Numbered from the stretch's first letter, positions 50,713 through 60,800 are shown. The stretch: 64,000 bases of DNA from an uncultured Oleiharenicola sp. (GCA_964652485.1 CAZZDB010000001.1:1898-65897); one strand, 5' to 3'. Numbers and translations: made by a program. Notes: generated from the letters alone by a model not told the origin.

Positions 50713-52374
50713 ATGCTTCAGTCGCTCCGCATCCGCAATCTCGCCCTGCTGGAGGAAGTCGAGCTCGACTTCGAAACGGGATTCACCGCGGTCACGGGCG
50801 AGACGGGCGCCGGCAAGAGCATCCTGCTCGGCGCGCTGTCCCTGCTGGCCGGGGCGCGCGCGGACAAGACGATCATCCGGCAGGGCGCTGCCGTCACCGA
50901 GGTCGAGGCCGCGCTCTTTTTCACTGACAGCCGCAAGTTGGACGCCGCCCTGGTGGCGCTGGACCTGCCGCCGTGCGACGATGGCGTGCTCATCCTGAAA
51001 CGCAGCCTGCCCCGCGACAAGGCCCCGCGGATCTCCGTCAACGGCAGCCTGGCCACCCTTGCGGCGCTACAAGCGTTGGGGGAGCACTGGATCGATTTCC
51101 ACGGGCCGGGCGAACCGCGCCGGCTGCTCAAGGAAGGCTGCCAGCGTGAACTCCTCGACCTGTTCGCCAAGAACGACGAGCTGCTTGACCGATACCAGCG
51201 CCATTTCCGCGCCTGGCGCGAACTGGTCGACGAGCGCGAGCGTCTGGCCGGGGCCGACAAACTGTCCGTCGACCAGATCGACTACCTGAAGCTCCAGCTC
51301 GGCCAGATCGACGAATTGGAGCTAACCGAGGTGGCCATCGCGACACTGGAGCGGGACTTTCAACGGCAGCAGAGCGCGCAGGACATCATGCAACTCGCGT
51401 CCGGCCTGAGCGACGGCCTGAGCGGGGAAGACGGACTGCTCGGCCGGCTGGCGGCGCTGTTGCGGCAGGCGCGCCAGCTTGAGTCGCTCGATCCAGCCAG
51501 CCAGCCCCTCGCAGACCGGCTGGTGTCCGCTTCCGTGGAGCTGGGCGATCTCGACGGCGAATTCTCCTCCCTGGGCCAATCACTCAACTTCGATCCCGAG
51601 CGGGCCGGGGCGCTGGAGGCGAAGATGAACTCGTGGCTGGAGCTGAAACGGAAGCACGGCGCGAAGCTGGAGCTGGTTATCGCCGCGCGGGACGAGATGC
51701 GGCGCCGCCTGGCAATGCAGGGAGACATCGAGGGTTCGCTCGCCCGGCTCGCGAAGCAGGTGGCGGACGCGCTGAAGGCCGCCCGCAATCTGGCGACCGA
51801 ATTGCGCGAGACCAGGGCGAAGGCGGCCCTGCAGCTTGCGAAGGCCGGCGGGAAGGTCATTGCCCAGCTCGGTTTCAAGAAGGCGGATTTCCAGGTGAGG
51901 CTCGGGCCGCTGTCCGAACTCGGGCCGCACGGCGACTGTGGGGTCGAGTTTCTGTTTTCGCCCAACGTGGGCGAACCCCCGCTGCCGCTGCACCGCATCG
52001 CGTCGAGCGGCGAGCTGGCGCGTGTCATGCTCGCACTCAAGGCGGTGTTGGCGGAGATCGACGACGTGCCCCTGCTGGTGTTCGACGAGGTCGACGCCAA
52101 CGTCGGGGGCGAGATCGGCCGCATCGTGGGCGAGAAGATGGCGGCCATCGCCGAGAAGCATCAGGTGCTGTGCGTGACGCACCTGCCGCAGGTCGCGGCG
52201 CAGGCGCAGAACCATTTCCTGGTGACCAAGGACCAGAGCGGCGACCGGGCGTCGGTCGCCATCGAGCCCATCCATGGCAGTCGCAAGGCGCGAGTGGGGG
52301 AGCTGGCCCGGATGCTGGGTGATCGCAGCGCCAAGAGCGCCTTGGCGCACGCCGAGGAACTGCTTAAAGGGTAG
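50713..52374 (+). CDS. recN: DNA repair protein RecN
   Basis: TGETGAGKS, SSGELARVMLA, FDEVDANVGG, VTHLPQVA. Confidence 0.96.
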   Translation: MLQSLRIRNLALLEEVELDFETGFTAVTGETGAGKSILLGALSLLAGARADKTIIRQGAAVTEVEAALFFTDSRKLDAALVALDLPPCDDGVLILKRSLPRDKAPRISVNGSLATLAALQALGEHWIDFHGPGEPRRLLKEGCQRELLDLFAKNDELLDRYQRHFRAWRELVDERERLAGADKLSVDQIDYLKLQLGQIDELELTEVAIATLERDFQRQQSAQDIMQLASGLSDGLSGEDGLLGRLAALLRQARQLESLDPASQPLADRLVSASVELGDLDGEFSSLGQSLNFDPERAGALEAKMNSWLELKRKHGAKLELVIAARDEMRRRLAMQGDIEGSLARLAKQVADALKAARNLATELRETRAKAALQLAKAGGKVIAQLGFKKADFQVRLGPLSELGPHGDCGVEFLFSPNVGEPPLPLHRIASSGELARVMLALKAVLAEIDDVPLLVFDEVDANVGGEIGRIVGEKMAAIAEKHQVLCVTHLPQVAAQAQNHFLVTKDQSGDRASVAIEPIHGSRKARVGELARMLGDRSAKSALAHAEELLKG

Positions 52375-52460
52375 TGCCGGAAGCGCCCGCCACCTCCAAG
52401 CCCGGCGTGCCGCCGTGTGCGGCGTTGCCAAGCGCGGTCGATCCACTCCATTATATAAGC

Positions 52461-53360
52461 ATGAACCACCCCATCAGCCGGCGGAAAGCGCTCGCTCAAC
52501 TCGGTGTGGGTACCGCGCTGCTGGCCGGAGCCACGGTGCGCAGCCCGGCGGAGGTGAAGGTCACGGCGGTCCGCACCGGGCGCGTCAACCACTCGGTCTG
52601 CCAGTGGTGCTACCCGAAGATTCCGCTGGACGACCTGTGCGCGGCAGCCGCCGGCATGGGCCTCAAGTCGGTCGAGCTGCTTCAGCCGAAGGATTTCGAG
52701 ACGCTGAAGAAACACGGCCTGATCTGCGCCATGGTGAGCAACCCGACCGTCAAGGCGGGCGAGGTGAGCGTCGGCGGCATCCCGAGGGCGTGGAACCGGC
52801 TGGAATACCACGAGGCCCTGGTACCCGCCTACGAGACGCACCTCCGCGCGACCGCCGGGGCGGGTTATCCCAACCTGATCTGCTTCTCCGGCAACCGCGA
52901 CGGGATGCCCGACGAACAGGGCTTGGAGAATTGCGCGACGGGCCTCCGCCGCATCCTGCCCCTCGCCGAGAAACTCGGGGTGACGGTGTGCATGGAGCTT
53001 TTGAACAGCCGGGTGAACCACAAGGACTACATGTGCGATCGCACCGCCTGGGGTGTGGAACTGGTCAAGCGCCTCGGATCGGAACGATTCAAGCTGCTCT
53101 ACGACATCTATCACATGCAGATCATGGAGGGGGACGTCATCGCCACGATCCGCGCCAACCACCAGCACATCGCCCACTATCACACCGGCGGCGTGCCGGG
53201 CCGGGCCGAGATCGACGAGACGCAGGAACTCTATTACCCGGCGATCATGCGCGCGATCGTCGACACCGGTTTCAAGGGTTACGTGGCCCAGGAATTTGTC
53301 CCGAAGCGGGCTGACGCATTGGCCTCGCTGCAGCAGGGCGTGTCGATCTGCGACGTGTAG
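52461..53360 (+). CDS. Tat-exported hydroxypyruvate isomerase-like TIM-barrel protein
   Basis: SRRKAL Tat motif; MELLNS, LLYDIYHMQ, HYHTGGVPGR, QEF. Confidence 0.88.
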   Translation: MNHPISRRKALAQLGVGTALLAGATVRSPAEVKVTAVRTGRVNHSVCQWCYPKIPLDDLCAAAAGMGLKSVELLQPKDFETLKKHGLICAMVSNPTVKAGEVSVGGIPRAWNRLEYHEALVPAYETHLRATAGAGYPNLICFSGNRDGMPDEQGLENCATGLRRILPLAEKLGVTVCMELLNSRVNHKDYMCDRTAWGVELVKRLGSERFKLLYDIYHMQIMEGDVIATIRANHQHIAHYHTGGVPGRAEIDETQELYYPAIMRAIVDTGFKGYVAQEFVPKRADALASLQQGVSICDV

Positions 53361-53417
53361 CCGGCGGGCCGCACAGAATGTTTGCGCCCGGCCGGCGGAT
53401 CCGGCTCTCTATGTCCG

Positions 53418-54335
53418 ATGAGACTTCACCTCAAACTGGTCGCTTTGGGCGTGGCGTTGCTCGGCCTGCCGCTCCTGTGCGCCGCCCCGCTGCAAGTCCT
53501 GTATTTCACGAAGTCCGCCGGCTTCGAGCACAGCGTCGTCAAACGCGAGGGCGGCAAGCCAAGCTACAGCGAACAAGTGCTGGCCGCGCTCGGGCCGAAG
53601 CACGGCATCGAGTTCACGTTCAGCAAGGACGGCGGCCTGTTCACGCCGGAATATCTGGCGAAGTTCGACGTTATCATGTTCTATACCAGCGGCGACCTGC
53701 TCGCGGTCGGCACGGACGGCCAGCCGGCGATGACGGCGGCCGGCAAGCAGGCGCTGTTCGACGCGGTGGCCGGAGGCAAGGGCTTCGTCGGCCTCCACAG
53801 CTGTAGCGACACCTTTCACACTCACGAGCACGGCGGGGGCAACAATCCTATCCGGTTGCCACGCTACCACAACTACGGGGGCGACGCGGACGACTTCGTC
53901 AAGTTCCTCGGCGGCGAATTCATCCGTCACGGCCCGCAGCAGGTCGCGAAGGCCGCGGTGGTTGCGCCCGACTTTCCCGGGTTCGGCTCGCTCGGGGCCG
54001 AGTTCAAGGTGCAGGAGGAATGGTATACGTTGAAGGAATTCGCCCCTGATGATCATGTCCTCCTGGTGATGCAGACTGACGGCATGAAGGGCGGCGACTA
54101 TCTCCGGCCGCCATATCCGCTCGCGTGGGTGCGCCTGCAGGGGCAGGGCCGCGTCGCCTTCAACGCCCTGGGGCACCGCGAGGATGTGTGGGACAGCGCC
54201 GCCTTCCAGGCGATGCTCGTGGGCCTGATCGAATGGGCCGGCGGCCGGGTTCGGGCGGACGTAACGCCAAATCTGGCGAAGGTTGCGCCGGGCCACGCGA
54301 TCCTTCAGGCGCCGCCGCCTGAAGTGAAGCAGTAG
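53418..54335 (+). CDS. ThuA-like domain protein, secreted
   Basis: LYFTKSAGFEHS, GKGFVGLHS, EEWY, ALGHREDVW. Confidence 0.85.
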   Translation: MRLHLKLVALGVALLGLPLLCAAPLQVLYFTKSAGFEHSVVKREGGKPSYSEQVLAALGPKHGIEFTFSKDGGLFTPEYLAKFDVIMFYTSGDLLAVGTDGQPAMTAAGKQALFDAVAGGKGFVGLHSCSDTFHTHEHGGGNNPIRLPRYHNYGGDADDFVKFLGGEFIRHGPQQVAKAAVVAPDFPGFGSLGAEFKVQEEWYTLKEFAPDDHVLLVMQTDGMKGGDYLRPPYPLAWVRLQGQGRVAFNALGHREDVWDSAAFQAMLVGLIEWAGGRVRADVTPNLAKVAPGHAILQAPPPEVKQ

Positions 54336-54604
54336 CCGCGTGGGAGCGCTCCGCGACACCGATCCGGCGGCAAGTGCTGGGACCGACGACACGGCGCGTT
54401 TTGGATTCGCGAGGTCGATAAGGCCAACGCCCCATCACGGGGCTGTCGCTCACGCTTAGCAGGATGGGCCGATAAGAGCCGGCGTATTTGCCGCGGTAGG
54501 CGAGGGCCTTTCCGGATTGGCAGGCAGGGTCAATCAGTCTGGTTCATAGCCATGCAATCGACCGATCCGGTCAGTAGATGTGCTTCCACCCCGTTTTCTT
54601 GGAC

Positions 54605-54654
54605 CTGCGCAATATCTGCGCAATGAACGCACATACCTCCGCAAGGTATGCGCA
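54605..54654. promoter_or_regulatory. Candidate regulator sites upstream of the cytochrome operon
   Basis: CTGCGCAAT direct repeat at 54605 and 54616 (11-bp period); CATACCT-N5-AGGTATG inverted repeat at 54632-54650. Confidence 0.4.
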
Positions 54655-54754
54655 GTGTCTTAGGAGACTATCTGGCACTATGTGACGTATAGAAAAGCAA
54701 TCCATCTCCACGCGAACCGCACCTAGAGTTACTACACCCAAATTGAATTCTGTC

Positions 54755-55555
54755 ATGAGCACACCCAGACACTGGACCAAAAGCACCCTGATATTCGGAG
54801 GAGCCGCCGCGTGGGGCCTTCTTCTTGTTTCCTGCGTCGTGGCCGATCGAACCATCGTCGCCCCGCCGAAAGTTGCCGGGGCGGCCTTCGTCGGCTCCAA
54901 GAAATGCTTGGAATGCCATGAGGACCAGTCGGCCCATTTCGCCGGCTCCACCCATGGTCGCCTGGCCTTGAAGGACGCCAATGGCCTTGAGATCGGCTGT
55001 GAATCCTGCCACGGGGCCGGCTCGCTCCACGTCAAGGTGGGCGGCAGCAAGGACACGATCGTCAACCCGGGCAAGTCGCCCGAGGCCTGCTTCCAATGCC
55101 ATGTCGACAAGCGCGGCGAATTCAGCCTGCCCAGCACGCACCCCGTGCTCGCCGGCAAGGTCAGCTGCGTGGACTGCCACGATGTGCACGCCGACAGCGC
55201 CGTTCGCGGCACCGGTGCGGCCCTCGAGAGCATGAACGACACCTGCACGAAGTGCCACACGGCCCAAAAGGGTCCGTTCGTCTATGAGCACGGAGCGATG
55301 AAGGAAGGCTGCGTCGCCTGCCACAACCCGCACGGCTCGGTCAACGAGAAGATGCTCGTCGCCCGCGACGCCAACCTCTGCCTGCGCTGCCACCTGGAGA
55401 CACCCACCGTCGCCAACGCCGGCCAGATCAACGCGAGCGCGATCGACACCGGCGTCTCCAACCACAACGCCCGCTTGATGCAGGGCACGTGCTGGAGTGC
55501 GAACTGCCATGAGGCCCCGCACGGCTCCAACGCCAACAACCACCTCCGCCGTTGA
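54755..55555 (+). CDS. MtrA/MtoA/DmsE-like multiheme cytochrome c (8 hemes), probable lipoprotein
   Basis: 7 CxxCH + CWSANCH; FVGSKKCLECH, GPFVYEH, CHNPHGS, PHGSN; LLLVSC lipobox-like. Confidence 0.88.
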   Translation: MSTPRHWTKSTLIFGGAAAWGLLLVSCVVADRTIVAPPKVAGAAFVGSKKCLECHEDQSAHFAGSTHGRLALKDANGLEIGCESCHGAGSLHVKVGGSKDTIVNPGKSPEACFQCHVDKRGEFSLPSTHPVLAGKVSCVDCHDVHADSAVRGTGAALESMNDTCTKCHTAQKGPFVYEHGAMKEGCVACHNPHGSVNEKMLVARDANLCLRCHLETPTVANAGQINASAIDTGVSNHNARLMQGTCWSANCHEAPHGSNANNHLRR

Positions 55556-55575
55556 ACCTCCTACCCATACCCAAC

Positions 55576-57764
55576 ATGCATCCCACAAATTTCAACTTCC
55601 GTAACGGCGCCAGTGTGATCGCCTGCCTGGCCCTCGCCTTGGGCAGCGTCGGGACCAAAGCGGCCACGGCTGCCAAGGAGGCCGACGCTTTCCCGACCTT
55701 TGACAATTACCTGAAGGTCGGCGTCGAGGGAACCTCGCTTTCCGGCAATGACGCTGCGTTCCAGAAAACAACCGGCATCTCGAAGAACACGACCGCCGGC
55801 ATCGAAGACCTGCATTACACGAAGGACCTCGACAAGGACACCAACCTGACCGTGGACGGCCACGCGCTCTTCAACGCGGACGACTACCTCGGCAAACTCA
55901 ACCTGTCGAAGACCGATGTCGGCACGCTCGAGGCCGGCTACAAGTCCTTCCGCACCTTCTACGACGGGGTCGGCGGTTTCTTCCCGCTCAGCAAACAATG
56001 GAGCGCGTTTAACCCGCAGGATCTGCACGTCGATCGGGGCGAATTCTGGGTTTCGGCCAAGATCAAGCGGCCCAACTCGCCCGAGTTTGACTTCAACTTC
56101 ACGGACGGCACCCGCACCGGCAAGAAGGACTCCCTGATCTGGGGCGACAGCGACTTCACCGGGCTGCCCAACAACAACCCGCCGATCTCGCAGGTCCGCA
56201 AGCTTGAACCCAGTTACCGCAAGCTGGATGAGCACAACCAGAACCTGGATGCGACCATGCGGCATTCCGTGGGCAACACCACCTACAGCGTCACGGTGCT
56301 CCATGAGAAGACTGACGACAACGACATCCGCTACGGGTTGAAGTTTCCCGGCGAGGTGAAACCATTCCCCACGCCGGCGGCGACGGTACTGCTGGCGCCT
56401 GCCAAGATGAACAGCACGATCCAGTATTCCCAGACCGACGGTAACGAGACCAAGATGACGGGGATCAACGGGAAGTCCGAGACGACAATCTCCGACAAAC
56501 TCAAGCTGCTCGCGGGCTTCAAATACGAGGACCTGGACGGCACTTTCAGCGGCGACCGCCCCATCAACACGCTCACCCCGACCGCCATCGGGCCCGTCTG
56601 GGCCCAGACCGACAACAACCTCAACCTGCTGGGCACCTCGAAGGTGAGGGTCTACAGCGGCCTGGCCGCCCTGGAATTCAAGCCCATCCCCACGTTCTTT
56701 GCCAAGCTGGCCGTGAGCGGCGAGGACAAGCGCACCCAGACGGCGGGCTCTTTCACCAGCGTGACCGCCGCCGTCAACACGACGACCGGTGTGGTCACCA
56801 CCACGCAGACCACCAGGTGATGTTCTCGCGGATCAAGGAGAAGTCGACGACCCCGGCATTGGACCTCAGCTACACCGGCATCAAGAGCGTCACCCTCTAT
56901 TTCACGGGCAGCAAGCAGTTCGTCACAGGCGACGAGCGCTACACCACGCCCTATAATCCGGCCACCGCCAGCAACGGCACCTTGGCGAACAACACGCTGG
57001 ATGACGGCCATGAGAGGCTGAACCTCGGTTTCAATTGGACCCAGTCGTCCCTGCTCACCCTTCGCGGTGAGGTCTTCCGCAAGGATCAATCGAACCGCTC
57101 GATCGGCTACGACGCGGGCAGCGGCCTGCACTACGACCTCGGTTACAAGTTCGACGGCGTCAAGCTGACCGCCATCTTCAAACCGACCGCGCAGCTTTCC
57201 TTCACCTCGCGCTATGTCTACCAGAAGGGCACGGCGGAGGTCGCCGGCGTCCTGCCCCTGTTCCCGACCTATGACTCCATGAAGGTGGACAACCACATCC
57301 TGGGCGAAACCATCGACTGGAACCCGGCCAAGCAGTTCTACGCCCAGGCGAACGTCAATGTCGTCTTCAATGTGCTCAAGACGCTCGACGGCCGCGGCGG
57401 CATCACCGCAGGCTCCGCGACCGCCGCCGCCTACAGCAGCGACGTGATCGTGCCCAATTCCAACAACAACTATGTCACCGCGAGTGTCCTGGCCGGGGCC
57501 GTGCTCACGAAGGAAGATGATCTCCAGATCCGGTTTACCTATTACAAGGCGGACAACTACAATCCCGAGATCGCCTACCTGGCTATGCCCTACGGCGCCG
57601 GGGCCAAGGAAGTCTCGATCTCCGCCGGCCTAAAGCACAAGCTCTCCGACCGCCTGATCGGCAACATCAAGCTCGGTTACTTCGATTCCAAGAACGATAC
57701 CACCGGTGGCAACACCAACTTCCGGGGCCCGCTGGCCTATGTGTCGCTCGACTACGCTCTCTGA
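55576..57764 (+). CDS. MtrB/PioB-like outer-membrane beta-barrel, split by a 1-nt frameshift near 56812 (ORFs 55576-56820 and 56817-57764)
   Basis: Signal peptide; amphipathic beta-strand pattern; C-terminal AYVSLDYAL; ~730 codons when joined; directly after the MtrA-like gene. Confidence 0.75.
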
Positions 57765-57782
57765 TACATCCCCCATCGCATC

Positions 57783-58118
57783 ATGAAAACCAAAGCCAAG
57801 GTCGCAATCACGGGACTGGCGTTGTCCCTCGGCACGGTCGTGGCCATCGCCGCGCCCGCCGCTGACAACTGGGACAACCACTGTGCGTCCTGCCACGGGT
57901 CGGACGGCAAGGCCCAGACCAAGTCCGGCAAGAAACTCAAGCTGAAGGACTACACCGACGCCAAGGTGCAGGCCGAACTCAAGGACGAAGACATGATCAA
58001 GGCCACCACCGACGGGGTGATGGTCGACGGCAAGGAAAAGATGAAAGGCTTCAAGACCGAACTTTCCGCCGAGGAGATCAAGGACCTCGTCGCCCACATC
58101 CGCAAATTCAAGGCCTGA
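57783..58118 (+). CDS. Periplasmic monoheme class I cytochrome c (copy 1)
   Basis: Signal peptide, CASCHG, KMKGF (Met ligand), LSAEEIKDLVAHIR. Confidence 0.93.
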   Translation: MKTKAKVAITGLALSLGTVVAIAAPAADNWDNHCASCHGSDGKAQTKSGKKLKLKDYTDAKVQAELKDEDMIKATTDGVMVDGKEKMKGFKTELSAEEIKDLVAHIRKFKA

Positions 58119-58149
58119 CGGCCCAGAACCCCAATCTGCCATCCACGCG

Positions 58150-58197
58150 AATCCCCACCGGACAAATGCCTGTCGCATTCGGCGGGGATTTCCTTTT
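58150..58197 (+). terminator. Hairpin + U-tract after cytochrome copy 1
   Basis: AATCCCC..ATGC CTGTC GCAT..GGGGATT TCCTTTT. Confidence 0.5.
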
Positions 58198-58227
58198 AGC
58201 TCCAACTCACCCACTCGAATTCTCCCT

Positions 58228-58563
58228 ATGAAAACCACGACCAAGGTCGCCCTCTCCAGCCTCACGCTGGCCCTCCTCACCGGGGTGGCGCTCGCCGCCC
58301 CCGCCGCCGACAACTGGGACAACCTTTGTGCGTCCTGCCACGGCAGCGACGGCAAGGCTCAGACCAAGACCGGCAAGAAACTCAAGCTGAAGGACTACAC
58401 CGACGCCAAGGTGCAGGCCGAAATGAAGGACGACGAGATGGCCAAGGCCATCAACGAGGGCGTCAAGGTCGACGGCAAGGAGAAGATGAAGTCGTTCAAG
58501 GACGAGCTCTCCGTCGACGAGATCAAGGACCTCGTCGCCTTTGTCCGCAAGCTGAAGGCCTGA
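58228..58563 (+). CDS. Periplasmic monoheme class I cytochrome c (copy 2)
   Basis: Close paralog: CASCHGSDGKAQTK.GKKLKLKDYTDAKVQAE. Confidence 0.93.
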   Translation: MKTTTKVALSSLTLALLTGVALAAPAADNWDNLCASCHGSDGKAQTKTGKKLKLKDYTDAKVQAEMKDDEMAKAINEGVKVDGKEKMKSFKDELSVDEIKDLVAFVRKLKA

Positions 58564-58585
58564 GCCGCCTCCGCGGTCGTTTCCC

Positions 58586-58624
58586 AGCCGACGGAGCGCC
58601 TCCCGCCTCCGCCGGCTTTGTTTT
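58586..58624 (+). terminator. Hairpin + U-rich tract after cytochrome copy 2
   Basis: AGCCG A CGGAG...CTCCG C CGGCT TTGTTTT. Confidence 0.5.
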
Positions 58625-58655
58625 CTCCGCCTGATTTTTCCGATCCACCACGAAC

Positions 58656-60149
58656 ATGTCCGAGTCCAACGACAAGCCCACCAGGCCGGCGCCGACGCCG
58701 CGCTCACATTTCAACAACTGGATCAGCGCCATCGGCGGCGTGATCGCAGTTGGCGCGCTCTTCTCCTTCGCCCTGCTGGTCTGGATGGACTTCACCGGGG
58801 ACCATAAGAATCCCTATCTCGGCATCTTCACCTACATCGTTGCGCCGGGTTTCCTTATCGCCGGGCTGGCCACAGTCTTCTTCGGGGCGTGGGCCCAGCG
58901 CCGTTGGGCGGTCCAGCATGCCCTGGCGCCTGACAAGTGGCGCCTCGACTATTCCAACCCGGCCCAGCGTCGCTACCTGATCCTCCTCGGCACCGGCGGG
59001 GTGGTCTTCCTCCTGCTCAGTACGTTCGGCAGCTACCAGACCTACCACTACGCCGAGTCCACCCAGTTCTGCGGGCAGGTCTGTCACCAGGCCATGAACC
59101 CCGAGTTCGTCGCCTATCAGCGCGGCGGGCACGCCCGGGTCGACTGCGTGGAATGCCACGTCGGCTCCGGCGCCACCGCCTTCATCAAGGCCAAGCTCAA
59201 CGGCACCCGCCAGCTGATCGGCTACACGCTCGACAATTACCACCGCCCGATCGACACGCCCGTGAAGAACCTGCGGCCCGCCCGCGAGACCTGCGAGAAG
59301 TGCCACTGGCCCGAGAAGTTCCTCGGTAATGTCGATGTCACCTTCGACCACTATCTTTCCGACAAGAAGAACACCGCCTACAGCGTCCGCCTGCTCCTGA
59401 AGGTTAACAACGGCCGCCCGGGCAGCCCGCTGGCCGGCATCCACTGGCACGTCAGCAAGGACAGCTCCGTCGAGTATTACGCCGCCGACGAGAAGCGTCA
59501 GGACATCGTCTGGATGCGCGTGACGAACAAGAAGAACGGCACGCAGAAGATCTACCGCAACGAGGAATTCAAGGGCGAGCCACCGGCCGGGACCATCCGC
59601 ATGATGGACTGCATCGACTGCCACAACCGGCCGGCTCACGTCTTCCCGACCGCCAACGACGCCATCGAGAAGTCCCTCGCCCTCGGCACGCTCCCTGCTA
59701 CCTTGCCGAACATCAAGCGCACCGCCGTCCAGGCCATGCTGCAGAAGGACCTCACCACCGCTTCCGCCCCGGCGAAGATCGCCGAGTTCATCAAGACCAA
59801 GTATCAGGGCAGCCCTGAGACGCCGGCCGCCGTCGCTGCCGTGCAGCAGATCTATGCCGAGACCATTTTCCCCGAGCGCAAGGCCGACTGGCGCGTCTAC
59901 CCGAACAACATCGGACACAAGGACTGGCCCGGTTGTTTCCGCTGCCACGACGACAAGCACAAGACGGCCACCGGTGAGTCCGTCAGCGCCAGCGACTGCA
60001 CCTCGTGCCATGTCATCCTGACGCAGGGCAAGGGCGCCGAGTTGTCGTCGCTCACCGCGTCGGGCCTCGAGTTCAAACACCCGGGCGGCGAATACGACGC
60101 CGACCTGAAGTGCGCGGACTGCCACAACGGTGGCATCCAGGGGAAATAG
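58656..60149 (+). CDS. ImcH-like inner-membrane NapC/NirT-family multiheme cytochrome (3 TM, 7 hemes)
   Basis: Three N-terminal hydrophobic segments; CGQVCH, CVECH, CEKCH, CIDCH, CFRCH, CTSCH, CADCH. Confidence 0.87.
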   Translation: MSESNDKPTRPAPTPRSHFNNWISAIGGVIAVGALFSFALLVWMDFTGDHKNPYLGIFTYIVAPGFLIAGLATVFFGAWAQRRWAVQHALAPDKWRLDYSNPAQRRYLILLGTGGVVFLLLSTFGSYQTYHYAESTQFCGQVCHQAMNPEFVAYQRGGHARVDCVECHVGSGATAFIKAKLNGTRQLIGYTLDNYHRPIDTPVKNLRPARETCEKCHWPEKFLGNVDVTFDHYLSDKKNTAYSVRLLLKVNNGRPGSPLAGIHWHVSKDSSVEYYAADEKRQDIVWMRVTNKKNGTQKIYRNEEFKGEPPAGTIRMMDCIDCHNRPAHVFPTANDAIEKSLALGTLPATLPNIKRTAVQAMLQKDLTTASAPAKIAEFIKTKYQGSPETPAAVAAVQQIYAETIFPERKADWRVYPNNIGHKDWPGCFRCHDDKHKTATGESVSASDCTSCHVILTQGKGAELSSLTASGLEFKHPGGEYDADLKCADCHNGGIQGK

Positions 60150-60308
60150 GCCGCGAGCAGCGGGCACGGAGCCTTGGGTCAGCAGTGGAGGGACTGTCTT
60201 CCAACACGCCGCAATCGGGTCTGGGCGCAGCCACGGAGGTTGCCCCGGCCGCAAGCGAATCCATTGTCCTTGAACGCCGCAGGCCCTCTCCCTAATCAGG
60301 CGGCGAAA

Positions 60309-60761
60309 ATGCGCTACGAGTTCCGACCATGCACGGATGGCGATCGCGATTGGGCCTACGCCCTCAAGTCGGAGGCTTACCGCGAGGTGGTGGAGCGCCA
60401 GTTTGGACCGTGGGACGAGAAATTTCAGCGAGAGCTTTTCGCCGCGAGGTGGAGTCCGGGGAGATCAAGGATCATCCTGGTTGATGGGGCAGCGGTCGGC
60501 CTGGTCGCGATCGAGGAGCGCAGCGACGCGGTGTGGCTGGACGAGATCCAACTGCTCAAGGAGTGGCGCGGACGGGGTCTCGGCAGCCTGATCATTCGCG
60601 ATCTTACGCTTCGGGGGCTGCTCCGGCTGCAGGTGCTCAGGGAGAATCGGCGCGCGCTGCAGCTCTACCGACGGCTTGATTTCCGGATGGAAGGTGAAAC
60701 CCCAATGCATTATCACATGCGACATGCGGGGCCGGCGGGAACCGCGAAAAGGACCGGCTGA
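60309..60761 (+). CDS. GNAT N-acetyltransferase
   Basis: LDEIQLLKEWRGRGLGS, NRRALQLYRRLDF. Confidence 0.85.
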   Translation: MRYEFRPCTDGDRDWAYALKSEAYREVVERQFGPWDEKFQRELFAARWSPGRSRIILVDGAAVGLVAIEERSDAVWLDEIQLLKEWRGRGLGSLIIRDLTLRGLLRLQVLRENRRALQLYRRLDFRMEGETPMHYHMRHAGPAGTAKRTG

Positions 60762-60800
60762 CCCATCGACCGGACCAAATCCGGCCGGCCGAGGTCTGGT

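Noticed and set aside
54674-54695. sigma54 or CRP/FNR site before the cytochrome operon
   Set aside because: TGGCAC lacks the TTGC -12 element, and TGTGA lacks its TCACA partner.
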